Assembly (NCBI GenBank): GCA_018713305.1
Contig: DVFI01000026.1
Span: forward strand, 5,484-69,483
Origin: Candidatus Avichristensenella intestinipullorum
Lineage (GTDB): Bacteria > Bacillota > Clostridia > Christensenellales > Aristaeellaceae
DNA: 64,000 bases
Reading direction: 5' to 3'
Each line of letters starts with the position of its first letter. The first letter of the stretch is position 1. This document shows, one piece after another, positions 44,707-53,745 of the stretch. The position numbers were made by a program, and so were the translations under genes. The notes beneath the pieces were generated by a model, which was not told the origin of the DNA, ran no database searches, and was given only the letters and a program-made list of their open reading frames with translations.

Positions 44707-46467
44707 TTATTCCTCTGCGATGTCGCCGTACATGGTGCCCCAGCCGAGGACCGGGATGTAGGTCTCTACCGCCAGGTCCAGACGGTCGGAGAACAGCTGG
44801 TAGTTGACGTTCTGGATGACCGGGATATGGATAACGTTCTCCAGGTAGATTTCCTCCAGCTTCTTGGTCTCCTCCAGCATACGGGTGTAGTCGCTGCGGA
44901 CCTCGCTGGTCTCGCACAGCGCATACTGCTCCTCGAACTCTTCCACGAAGAAGTTGTTCGGATGGCTGCCGTAGGTGCTCAGGTAGTAGTAGAAGCAGGT
45001 GTAGGGGTAGGTGTAGGAGGCCGTGCGGGTCCAGTCGTTCGGGCTCAGGTCCCACTTGTCGTCGCCGGTGGCCTTAAAGTCGGTGGCGCTCATGCCCGCG
45101 TAGGTAACGATTTCGAGCTGGAGCTTGCCCTCGAAGATGACCGGGAACTGCTCCATGAGGTACTCGGCGGTCGCCTTCCAGGAAGTGTCGCTCTCGTCAA
45201 TGGCGAAGATGACGGTGACCACATCGTCCTCGCCAAGGCCGCACTCTTCAAACGCCTGGGCCAGATAGTCGCGCGCCAAATCGGGGTTGTAGCCGTAGGG
45301 GCCCCAGCTTTCGACCATCGCCTCGACCGCCTTGCCCTGCTCGGACTCGCGGTAGGTCAGGTGGCTCTCGCTCTGGATGCCCGCCATTTCGCTGACATAG
45401 ACGCCGCTGGGCTTGAGATAGCCGAACAGGTCGCGCGCGATGACCTCGCGGTCAATGGCGTGATAGAGCGCCTTGCGGTAGGCAACGCTGCCGCTGATGG
45501 GGTTGTTGGGGTTCTTGCAGTTGATGTCGATGTGGAACACGCTCAGGCTCGGATAGGAGACCATACGCGGGTCGTCGATGTAGGTCTCAATGGTGTTGGA
45601 ATCGGGGGTCAGGTCATCCAGCAGGCCCTGCTCCCACAGCTCCACGCGCGCGTTCATCTCGGGGATGATGCGCACTTCGACGCGGTCATAGTGGAACAAA
45701 TCGGCGAGCCAGTGGTCGGGGTTCTTCTCGTAGACCTGGATGTTGTCATACTCCCAGGTGACCAGCTTGTAGGGGCCGCAGCCCATCCAGTTGTCCATGG
45801 TGGTGCCGTAGGTGGTCTCGGTGCGCTCTTCGTTCATGCCGGCCTCGTAGTACGGCTCATACACCGGGAAGGTGGAGCGGTCGGTGAACTGCGCGCAGAC
45901 GTCAACCTGGTTGTTGGCGTCAACCGTGGTGATTTGGATGGTGTAATCGTCTACCTTCTTGATGCCGACATCTTCCCACGCCACGGTGTTCGAGGTGCCC
46001 TGCATGTAGTATTCCACCGCGTTGACGATGGTCACACTGTTGTTGGCGACGAAGTCGGCCATCTGGTTGGCCATGATGGGATCCAGGAGCATCTTCCAGG
46101 AATAGATGATGGTGTCGGCGTTGATGGGCGTGCCGTCATGCCAGCAGGCTTCCTCGCGGATTTTAATCTGCCAGTTGTAATCGTCAATCTGCACGGGCAG
46201 GCCGTCCGCCAGATCGCCGATGTACTCAAAGCCCTTGCCGTCAGCCGTCGGATAGGTGCGATACAGAGGGGAAGAGCAGTAGTTGTGCGTCGTCTGCAGC
46301 GAAATTTCCACCGAGTCATGACCGTTCAGAATCGGGCAGTCCGCAGTCAGATAGGTGCGGTAGACCTTTCCTTCCCCCTCCGCCGCGGCGGGAGCGGTCA
46401 TGGCGACCAGCGTCGTCATCAGGAACAACGTGGTCAGAACCAGGGCAGCCAGTCTTCTCTTCTTCAT
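44707..46467 (-). CDS. oppA: peptide ABC transporter substrate-binding protein (family 5, OppA-like)
   Basis: Signal peptide MKKRRLAALVLTTLFLMTTLVAMTAPAAA, 586 aa with SBP_bac_5-like composition, and it heads the opp operon. Confidence 0.85.
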   Translation of the reverse strand: MKKRRLAALVLTTLFLMTTLVAMTAPAAAEGEGKVYRTYLTADCPILNGHDSVEISLQTTHNYCSSPLYRTYPTADGKGFEYIGDLADGLPVQIDDYNWQIKIREEACWHDGTPINADTIIYSWKMLLDPIMANQMADFVANNSVTIVNAVEYYMQGTSNTVAWEDVGIKKVDDYTIQITTVDANNQVDVCAQFTDRSTFPVYEPYYEAGMNEERTETTYGTTMDNWMGCGPYKLVTWEYDNIQVYEKNPDHWLADLFHYDRVEVRIIPEMNARVELWEQGLLDDLTPDSNTIETYIDDPRMVSYPSLSVFHIDINCKNPNNPISGSVAYRKALYHAIDREVIARDLFGYLKPSGVYVSEMAGIQSESHLTYRESEQGKAVEAMVESWGPYGYNPDLARDYLAQAFEECGLGEDDVVTVIFAIDESDTSWKATAEYLMEQFPVIFEGKLQLEIVTYAGMSATDFKATGDDKWDLSPNDWTRTASYTYPYTCFYYYLSTYGSHPNNFFVEEFEEQYALCETSEVRSDYTRMLEETKKLEEIYLENVIHIPVIQNVNYQLFSDRLDLAVETYIPVLGWGTMYGDIAEE

Positions 46468-46639
46468 CTTTCCATCTCCTTATTTTATTCTGTAAAATGA
46501 TTCGGACATACTCGCCCACCGTCCGAATCAAGATACACTGAGGGGTGGATACGGTAACCTCCTTTGCGGGGCGGACGCCCCTATTCCTTTGGGATATCGG
46601 AATGCCGCTGTCCCTGCCCTGCGCCGACAGGGGGCCGTC

Positions 46640-47065
46640 TCACAGGACGGGAAGGCTCGCAAGCAGAGAAAGAATGAAAAAACCGGCCGCCAGCACCATG
46701 AGCATCGGCACGTCCGTGTGGCGGCGGCGCGACCGCACATACTCCAGATATCCGTCCCGCATCCGCTGGGAAGAGTCCTGTTTTCCCCGGATAAGCCGGA
46801 CCAGGCATTTTGTGCCCCAAATCAGGCTGGCGAACATGTCCATATTGCCGATGGTATGAATCAGGCCCCAAATCAAGTACACCATCGCCACGGTAAACAA
46901 AAGGTCGGACAAAAACACCAGGCCCCATACGCCGCGGTAGAGCTGGCGTATGATGAAAAGCACCACACCGACGACCAGAAGCACCACGGCGGTTTTCCAA
47001 TGTTTCCGAAAAGACGCCACGAGGGTCACCGGGCCATTCACCTCTGTCGGATATCTCAAATACAT
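46640..47065 (-). CDS. DUF3899-like small membrane protein (141 aa)
   Basis: Three to four TM helices, with a basic loop LIRGKQDSSQRMRDGYLEYVRSRRRH between them. ATG 47065. Confidence 0.6.
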   Translation of the reverse strand: MYLRYPTEVNGPVTLVASFRKHWKTAVVLLVVGVVLFIIRQLYRGVWGLVFLSDLLFTVAMVYLIWGLIHTIGNMDMFASLIWGTKCLVRLIRGKQDSSQRMRDGYLEYVRSRRRHTDVPMLMVLAAGFFILSLLASLPVL

Positions 47066-47285
47066 AATGATTCCCCGGTAATTTAGGCAAATTATACATG
47101 TATCCGCCGCAAACGTCAATAGTCACAACCGATAGAATCAATAGAATTATTTTACAAAAAATGCATAAATCCCCTGTCTGGTTCGATAATATTATAGGAA
47201 AATGGATGAATATACAGAAAAATCTTCAGATGCGTCGAATTCTTCGCAAAGATTTAATACTTGACGGCAGCCCCCGCATTTCCCC

Positions 47286-47314
47286 TTGCCATGCGCGGCG
47301 CGCAGGGCTACAAT
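47286..47314 (+). promoter_or_regulatory. sigma-70-type promoter of the PP2C phosphatase gene
   Basis: TTGCCA, 17 nt, then TACAAT, at the edge of an AT-rich divergent region, about 140 nt before ATG 47458. Confidence 0.5.
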
Positions 47315-47457
47315 AAGGGCGGCGTTCGTCCGCGCGTCCGTCTGCCATGCGGGCGCGGCGTTCGCCCGCGCGCAGGCCGCGCCTTGCAGGCCCTGCCGCC
47401 GCGCGAACATGCCGGATCCTTCCGCCGCGCGGCGTTCCGGCCAAAGGAGGCGTTCCC

Positions 47458-48216
47458 ATGCGTTGGCACATGCTTGCGGACACCCGGCGCAACACCCACT
47501 GGGAAGACAAGCCCAACGAGGACTTCTGCTGGTTTGACGCGGAGGCGGGGGCGGCCCTGGTGCTCGACGGCGTCACGCGCGACCGCGAGGCGGGCCGCTA
47601 CCCGAACCCCAGCCCCGCGCGCCTGGCCAGCGAGGCCTTTGCCGCCGCCGCGCGCGCGGCGCTGCGCTCCTCCGCCGCCATGCCGCCGGACGAGCGGCTG
47701 GCGCGGGCGGCGCGCGAGGGCAATCAAGCGGTGGCGGCCATGAACCGGGCGTTCGCCGGCGATTTCCTGCCGGGTACGGTGGGCATACTGGCGCTTTTGT
47801 GCGACAGGCGGCTGCACTATATCTGCCTGGGCGACGCCAACGGCATCCTGTTTTCCGCCGGGGCGGCGCTGCGCTTTACCCACTCGCAGACCGACGCCGT
47901 GCATCGCCGCCGCGGCGAATGGAGCGCCCATCAGATTCGCACGCAGATTTGCAACCATCCCGACCATCCCTGCGGCTACGGCGTCTGGAACGGGCAGGAC
48001 AGCGCGCGGCATTTTCTCTGCTGGGGCAGCCTTCCCCTGCGCCCCGGCGACATGCTGCTGCTGTGCACCGACGGGCTGGACCCGTTCCTGCGCGCCGCGG
48101 GCGAGGCTTCTCTGGCCGGCCTGAGCCCCGAGGCGCTCCTGGCCCGCGCCATGGCCTACACGGAGGGCGCCTGGATGGACGACCGCACGGCCGTGGTCAC
48201 CCGCGCCGAAGCCTGA
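47458..48216 (+). CDS. PP2C-family serine/threonine phosphatase domain protein (252 aa)
   Basis: NEDF, VLDGVT, CLGDANG, LLCTDGL and DDRTAVV match PP2C metal-binding and catalytic motifs. AAAGGAGG RBS is present. Confidence 0.7.
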   Translation: MRWHMLADTRRNTHWEDKPNEDFCWFDAEAGAALVLDGVTRDREAGRYPNPSPARLASEAFAAAARAALRSSAAMPPDERLARAAREGNQAVAAMNRAFAGDFLPGTVGILALLCDRRLHYICLGDANGILFSAGAALRFTHSQTDAVHRRRGEWSAHQIRTQICNHPDHPCGYGVWNGQDSARHFLCWGSLPLRPGDMLLLCTDGLDPFLRAAGEASLAGLSPEALLARAMAYTEGAWMDDRTAVVTRAEA

Positions 48217-48231
48217 GCCCGCCCGGCCTGT

Positions 48232-48300
48232 CGCCGGGTTCGGATGGCAGGGGGGGAGCCTTCGGCCCGCCCGGCCTTCCCCCATGGGGGTGACGGTCTG
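48232..48300 (+). repeat. copy C (diverged) of the ~70-nt structured intergenic element
   Basis: cgccgggttcggat...ccttcgg...cccccatggggg...acggtctg. It has the same terminal boxes and hairpin layout as copies A and B, and begins 16 nt after the PP2C stop. Confidence 0.65.
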
Positions 48301-48421
48301 CGCGCGCCGGGCGACCCGATGCGCCCTTTCCCGTTTTTTCCCCTTCCCTTTTGGATGGCTTCATGCTATGATGCAGTCGTGCTCTCCTGTTCCCCAGAAA
48401 ATCCGGCGAAAGGAAACAGCC

Positions 48422-49495
48422 ATGAAACGATGGATGATTCTGCTCCTGCTGGTCTGCCTGACCATGGGCCTGACCGGCTGCGCGGGCGAGGCGGCGACGT
48501 ATGAGAAATACACCATGTCCTTTTTTCATACGTTCGATACCCTGGTACAAATCATCGGCTATGCCGAGAACATGGACGTCTTTACGGAGGTCACCGGGCG
48601 CGCTCAGGCGGAGTTCGAACGGCTGCATCGCATCTTCGACGCCTATGCGCCCTACGACGGCGTCAACAACCTCTACACGGTCAACCGGGACGCCGCCGGG
48701 GGGCCGGTTCCGGCCGAGCCGGAGCTGATAGACCTGCTGCTGTTCTGCCGCGACCGGCAGGCGCAGGCGGGCGATCTGGTCAACGTCGCCATGGGCAGCG
48801 TGTTGTCCATCTGGCACGACTATCGCACCCAGGGAGAAGGCGACCCGGAAAACGCCGAGCTTCCGCCCATGGCGCTGCTGGAAGAGGCGGCGCAGCACAT
48901 CGACTTTGACGACGTCGTCATCGACGAGGAGGCCGGCACCGTCTATTTTGCCGACCCGGAGCTCTCCCTGGACGTGGGGGCGGTGGCCAAAGGGTATGCG
49001 ACGGAGCTGGTCGCGCAGATGCTGTTGGCTTCCGAAATGCCCTCCTTTATCATCGGCGCGGGCGGCAACATCCGCGCGGGCGACCCGCCCCTGGACGGAA
49101 GGCTGCGCTGGGGCATCAGCGTGCAAAGCCCGGACGAGCCGGTCTTCGGCGACAATGCGTCGCTGGACGTGCTGTATTTTGCCAACGCTTCCGCGGTCAC
49201 CAGCGGCGATTATCAGCGCTATTACATCGTGGACGGCCAGCGCTATCACCACATCATTTCCCCCGAAACGCTCATGCCCGCCGACTTTCTGCGCGCCGTC
49301 ACCGTGGTCACCGAGGATTCCGGCTGGGCCGATTTTCTTTCGACCACCCTGTTTTTGATGCCTTACGAGGAAGGCCGTGCGCTGGTGGATTCCCTGGAGG
49401 GCGTCGAAGCGCTGTGGGTGCTGCCGGACGGAACCATAGAAATGAGCGACGGCATGAAGACGATGGCCCGGTCGCAAGGGGCCAGCTCCCGCTGA
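48422..49495 (+). CDS. apbE: FAD:protein FMN transferase (ApbE family) lipoprotein
   Basis: Lipobox LTGC at residues 17-20. MGSVLSIW, DVGAVAKGYA, GGNIRA, SGDYQRYY..DGQRYHHIISP are ApbE motifs. Confidence 0.85.
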   Translation: MKRWMILLLLVCLTMGLTGCAGEAATYEKYTMSFFHTFDTLVQIIGYAENMDVFTEVTGRAQAEFERLHRIFDAYAPYDGVNNLYTVNRDAAGGPVPAEPELIDLLLFCRDRQAQAGDLVNVAMGSVLSIWHDYRTQGEGDPENAELPPMALLEEAAQHIDFDDVVIDEEAGTVYFADPELSLDVGAVAKGYATELVAQMLLASEMPSFIIGAGGNIRAGDPPLDGRLRWGISVQSPDEPVFGDNASLDVLYFANASAVTSGDYQRYYIVDGQRYHHIISPETLMPADFLRAVTVVTEDSGWADFLSTTLFLMPYEEGRALVDSLEGVEALWVLPDGTIEMSDGMKTMARSQGASSR

Positions 49496-49533
49496 CGCGC
49501 CGGCGCCGGGCGCGCCCCGCCATCAAAGCGCAA

Positions 49534-49587
49534 GCGGCAGGCCGTCCGTTCTCCCCGTGCGGGAGGCGGGACGGCCTGCCGCTTTGC
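49534..49587. terminator. long hairpin between convergent genes (probably the terminator for the minus-strand ABC operon)
   Basis: GCGGCAGGCCGTCC ... GGACGGCCTGCCGC (14-bp arms), with short T-rich runs on both sides. Confidence 0.4.
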
Positions 49588-49597
49588 AGACCGGTCC

Positions 49598-49631
49598 GGG
49601 GCGGCGGAGACTTTGCCGCCGCCCCGTTTTC
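49598..49631 (+). terminator. intrinsic terminator after apbE
   Basis: GGGGCGGCGG-agactttg-CCGCCGCCCC followed by GTTTTCG. Confidence 0.6.
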
Positions 49632-49651
49632 GCGGCCGGGCGGGCGCGCGT

Positions 49652-50623
49652 TCAGCCGTCGAACAGGTGGCAGGCGACCCGGCGTCCGTCCGGCATCACG
49701 CGCGGCGCCGGCGCCTCTTCCGAGCAGATTTTCATGCATTGCGCGCAGCGGTCGTGGAACGCGCAGCCCTTGGGCGGATTCGCCGGGCTGGGCACGTCGC
49801 CCTCCAGGTGGATGCGCGTCTTGGGCTCCGACGGGTCGCGGCGGGGAATAGCGGACAGCAGGGCCTGGGTATACGGATGCATCGGATGGCAGTAGACGGC
49901 TTCCGTATCGCCGCTTTCGACAATTCTGCCCAGGTACATCACGGCCACGCGCGTGCTGATATGGCGCACGACGTTCAGGTCATGGGAAATGAACAGGTAG
50001 GACAGCTTCAGCTCCTGCTGCAGCTGCATCAGCAGGTTCAGCACCTGCGCCTGGATGGATACGTCCAGCGCCGAGACCGGCTCGTCCGCCACGACGAAGC
50101 GCGGGCCGGTAATCAGCGCGCGGGCGATGCTGATGCGCTGGCGCTGACCGCCGGAAAACTGGTGCGGATAGCGGTCGAGCTGGTCGCGGGAAAAGCCGAC
50201 CGCGTCGGCAATCCAGTGCACGCGCTCGTCTATCTCCTTCTGGGGCTGCGTAAAATGGGTGCGCAGCGGTTCCTCCAGCAGCTTGCGCATGGTCATGCGC
50301 GGATTGAGGGAGGCATAGGGGTCCTGGAAGATCAGCTGCATATCGCGCCGCTTTTTCCGCATGGCCTCCGCGTCCAGCGCGCAAAGGTCCTGCCCGTCAA
50401 AGCGCACCTGGCCCGCCGTAGGCTCGATAAGGCGCAGGATGGAGCGGCCCGTGGTCGATTTTCCGCAGCCGGACTCCCCCACCAACGCGAACGTCTCCTG
50501 CTCGCCGATGGTCAGCGATACGTCCTCCACCGCGTGCACATACCCGACGGTCTTTCGTATCACGCCGCCTTTGATGGGAAAATAGGTTTTCAGCCCCTGA
50601 ACGTCCAACAGTTCCTGGCTCAT
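49652..50623 (-). CDS. peptide/nickel-type ABC transporter ATP-binding protein (DppF/OppF-like)
   Basis: [38 protein letters not shown] 50623 overlaps the preceding stop (ATGA). Confidence 0.85.
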   Translation of the reverse strand: MSQELLDVQGLKTYFPIKGGVIRKTVGYVHAVEDVSLTIGEQETFALVGESGCGKSTTGRSILRLIEPTAGQVRFDGQDLCALDAEAMRKKRRDMQLIFQDPYASLNPRMTMRKLLEEPLRTHFTQPQKEIDERVHWIADAVGFSRDQLDRYPHQFSGGQRQRISIARALITGPRFVVADEPVSALDVSIQAQVLNLLMQLQQELKLSYLFISHDLNVVRHISTRVAVMYLGRIVESGDTEAVYCHPMHPYTQALLSAIPRRDPSEPKTRIHLEGDVPSPANPPKGCAFHDRCAQCMKICSEEAPAPRVMPDGRRVACHLFDG

Positions 50624-51627
50624 GCCGTTCCCTCCTTCTGCGCCGGATGCAGCCAGCAGCGGCACGTATGGCCCGGCGCGATGACCGCCAGCGGCGGCGC
50701 CTCTTTCCGGCAGCGCTCCTGACAATACTCGCATCGCTCGGCGAAGCGGCAGCCCGCGCTGAAATTGCCGGCCGTGGGCACGGTGCCCCGGATGGCATAG
50801 AGCGTCTTCTGCGCGCCGCCCAGCGAGGTCACCGAGCGGAGCAGGCCCGCCGTATAGGGATGGGCCGCCTCGTGGAAGATGGCGTCCACCGACGCCTGTT
50901 CAATCACCTGTCCGGCATAGAACACGGCGACCTCCTCGCACGTTTCGGCAATGACGCCCAGGTCGTGCGTAATCATGATGACCGAAGTGTCGTAGCTTTC
51001 GCGAAGGTCGTTCATCAGGTCGAGAATCTGGGCCTGGATGGTCACGTCCAGCGCGGTCGTCGGTTCGTCCGCGATGAGCAGGCGCGGGTTGTTAATCAGC
51101 GCGATGGCAATCATCACGCGCTGCAGCATGCCGCCGGAAAGGTGGTGCGGGTAATCCTTGAGGATTTCCGCCGCGCGCGGTATCTTGACCTTGCGCAGCA
51201 TCTCCAGCGCCGCCTCGTGCATCTGCGCGCGGGTCATGTCGGTATGAAAGCGCAGCGTCTCGTTAATCTGGTCTTCAATGGTATACATCGGGTCCAGCGC
51301 GGTCATCGGCTCCTGAAAAATCATTGAGATTTCCTTGCCGCGGATTTTGCGCATCTCGGCGCGGGACAGGCTCGTCAGCTCCGATTCCGTGCCGTCCTCG
51401 CGCAGAAAGCGCAGGGAGCTTCCCTCGCCGACCGACAGCGGAAAGGACAGAAGGCCCATGAGCGTGGAGCAGGTGATGCTCTTGCCGCAGCCGGACTCGC
51501 CCACCACGCCGAAATTCTGTTTTTTGTCGATATCGATGTCCACGCCCTCGACGAGCTTGACCGGCGGCAGCTTTTTGCCCCTGAAAAGGTCGATGGAGAG
51601 GTTGCGCATTTCCAGCAGATGTTTCAC
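50620..51627 (-). CDS. peptide/nickel-type ABC transporter ATP-binding protein (DppD/OppD-like)
   Basis: [38 protein letters not shown] start 5 nt after GAGGGGGTG. Confidence 0.85.
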   Translation of the reverse strand: MKHLLEMRNLSIDLFRGKKLPPVKLVEGVDIDIDKKQNFGVVGESGCGKSITCSTLMGLLSFPLSVGEGSSLRFLREDGTESELTSLSRAEMRKIRGKEISMIFQEPMTALDPMYTIEDQINETLRFHTDMTRAQMHEAALEMLRKVKIPRAAEILKDYPHHLSGGMLQRVMIAIALINNPRLLIADEPTTALDVTIQAQILDLMNDLRESYDTSVIMITHDLGVIAETCEEVAVFYAGQVIEQASVDAIFHEAAHPYTAGLLRSVTSLGGAQKTLYAIRGTVPTAGNFSAGCRFAERCEYCQERCRKEAPPLAVIAPGHTCRCWLHPAQKEGTA

Positions 51628-51639
51628 ACGGACACCCCC

Positions 51640-52473
51640 TCACACTTTCAACTTGGGGTCGAGCACATCGCGCAGCGCATCGCCCAGGATGTTAAAGACC
51701 AGAATGGTCACCACAATAAACAGCAGCGGGAACAACGCGACCCAGGGCGCGCGCGCCATATCCGCGCGCGCTTCGGACAACATGGAGCCCCAGGAAGGGC
51801 TGGGCGGCTGGATGCCCATGCCCAGGAAGCTGAGCGTCGCCTCGGTCAGAATCGCGCCGGACAGCGCCAGCGTTACCTGCACCGTAAACGGCGCCACGAC
51901 ATTCGGCGAGATATGGCGCACGAGGATGGGCCAGGTTTTCACGCCCACGCTCTTGGCGTTTTTGACGTATTCCAGGCCCTTGGCCGAAATGACCGCCGCG
52001 CGCACCGTCCGGCAAAACACGGGAATATTGACAATGCCGATGGCCACCATCGTAGGGCCGATGCCCTTGCCCAGCACGGCGGAGATGAATATGGCCAGCA
52101 GAATGGACGGAAAGGCGAACAGCACGTCCATCACGCACATGATGACCCGGTCCACGACGCCTTCAAAATAGCCCGCCGCCAGCCCCAGCAGGTAGCCGAA
52201 CACCGCGCCGATGCCCACCGCGATGACGCCCACCTGGATGGACACCTGCGCGCCGTAGAGCACGCGGCTGAAGATGTCCCGGCCGAACTTGTCCGTGCCG
52301 AAGAGATGTTCGCCCGACGGGGACTGAAAGCGCATGCCAATCTGGTCGTAGGGATAGGGCGCAATCAGCGGCGCGCAGACGGCCATTGCCAGCAGCAGGA
52401 ACACGCCCACCATGCCAATTTTGCCCATGGGGTCTGCCCATAGCTTCCGCAGGGTTTCTACAAAGCTTTTCAT
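51640..52473 (-). CDS. peptide/nickel-type ABC transporter permease (DppC-like)
   Basis: EAA-loop region (YVKNAKSVGVKTWPILVRHISPN), six TM helices. ATG 52473 lies 9 nt after GGAGGA. Confidence 0.8.
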   Translation of the reverse strand: MKSFVETLRKLWADPMGKIGMVGVFLLLAMAVCAPLIAPYPYDQIGMRFQSPSGEHLFGTDKFGRDIFSRVLYGAQVSIQVGVIAVGIGAVFGYLLGLAAGYFEGVVDRVIMCVMDVLFAFPSILLAIFISAVLGKGIGPTMVAIGIVNIPVFCRTVRAAVISAKGLEYVKNAKSVGVKTWPILVRHISPNVVAPFTVQVTLALSGAILTEATLSFLGMGIQPPSPSWGSMLSEARADMARAPWVALFPLLFIVVTILVFNILGDALRDVLDPKLKV

Positions 52474-52489
52474 GCGGCGCATTCCTCCA

Positions 52490-53434
52490 TCAGTCGTAAG
52501 AGATACGCGGGTCAATATAGGCGTAGAGCAAATCGACCACCAGGTTGACCAGCACATACACAAAGGCGATGAACAGCACGCACCCCTGCACCACCGGGAA
52601 GTCGCGGTTGTTGATGCCCGTCAGGGTCATCTGGCCCAGGCCGGGCAGCGAAAAAATCTGTTCCACCACCACCGCGCCGCCCAGGAGCGAACCCATCTGC
52701 ATGCCGATGAGCGTGACGATGGGAATCAGCGCGTTGCGCAGCGCATGCTTGAAGATGGCCACGCGCTCGCTGGCGCCCTTGGCGCGCACGGTCTTGATGA
52801 AGTCCTGACGGAGCACCTCCAGCACGGACGAGCGCGTCATGCGCATGACCGAGCCGGCCATGCTCGTGCCCAGAATCAGCGACGGCAGGAGCATCATTTC
52901 CAGGTTTTTCAGCGGGTCTTCAAAAAAGCTCACATAGTTCAGGGGTGGATAGTAGTTCAGCGTCAGCGAAAGAATGAGGATAATCAGGATGGACAGCGCA
53001 AACCCCGGCACCGACACGCCCAGCAGGGCCACCACGCGCACCACGCGGTCCACCATTGTATTGCGCTTGACCGCCGCCAGCATGCCCAGCGGCAGCGCAA
53101 TAATCCAGGACACCACCGCCGCCAGAATCGTCAGCTCCGCCGTCACCTTAAACCGGGTCAGAATCTCCGGCAGAATCTCGGCGCCCGAGCGGAAGGACTG
53201 GCCAAAGTCACCGCGCAGCACGCCGCCCATCCATTTGAGATACTGCGTGACCACCGGCTGGTCCAGCCCATAGCGGGCGTTCACCTGCGCGATGAGCTCG
53301 GGCGTGGCGTCAATGCCCAGCATGCCCGAAGCAAACCCGCCGGGAATCAGGCGCAGCACCGCGAAAATGGCAATGCTGATGCCCAGCAGCACGGGAATCA
53401 GCTGCAGAAGGCGGCGAAGGATATAATTTCGCAT
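52490..53434 (-). CDS. peptide/nickel-type ABC transporter permease (DppB-like)
   Basis: MRNYILRRLLQLIPVLLGISI is a typical DppB/OppB N-terminus. The upstream 70 residues in the ORF track are discarded. Confidence 0.8.
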   Translation of the reverse strand: MRNYILRRLLQLIPVLLGISIAIFAVLRLIPGGFASGMLGIDATPELIAQVNARYGLDQPVVTQYLKWMGGVLRGDFGQSFRSGAEILPEILTRFKVTAELTILAAVVSWIIALPLGMLAAVKRNTMVDRVVRVVALLGVSVPGFALSILIILILSLTLNYYPPLNYVSFFEDPLKNLEMMLLPSLILGTSMAGSVMRMTRSSVLEVLRQDFIKTVRAKGASERVAIFKHALRNALIPIVTLIGMQMGSLLGGAVVVEQIFSLPGLGQMTLTGINNRDFPVVQGCVLFIAFVYVLVNLVVDLLYAYIDPRISYD

Positions 53435-53745
53435 GTAATCACGCTCCCATTGCGGCCAAAGCGGAACGGGGCGTCGAAAGGGCCGCGGGTGTCCGGCGTT
53501 TTCGACGGCCCGTCCCTGTGGAAAAGAGAGGCGGCGGCGGAAAACGCCGCCTCCTCCGACTGTCGACAAAATCCCGGGGAGAAGTCCTGCGCCCTCCCAA
53601 CGGACGGCGTGTGCGTCGGTTTCGCGCATGATTTCAGCGCCCACGCCTGCGTTGGCGGAAAAGCGCGCCGGCCCCGCCCCGCGAAACGGCGCAGCGTTGC
53701 AGCGGCCCGGGCGGCGGCGTTTCCCGCCGCCCCGGGCCGTCAGGG

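Noticed and set aside
44080-46500. 806-aa + strand ORF
   Set aside because: Antisense to oppA and the oppA-oppB spacer. It is Val/Gly/Ala/His/Asp-rich with no motifs, and OppA on the opposite strand is unambiguous.
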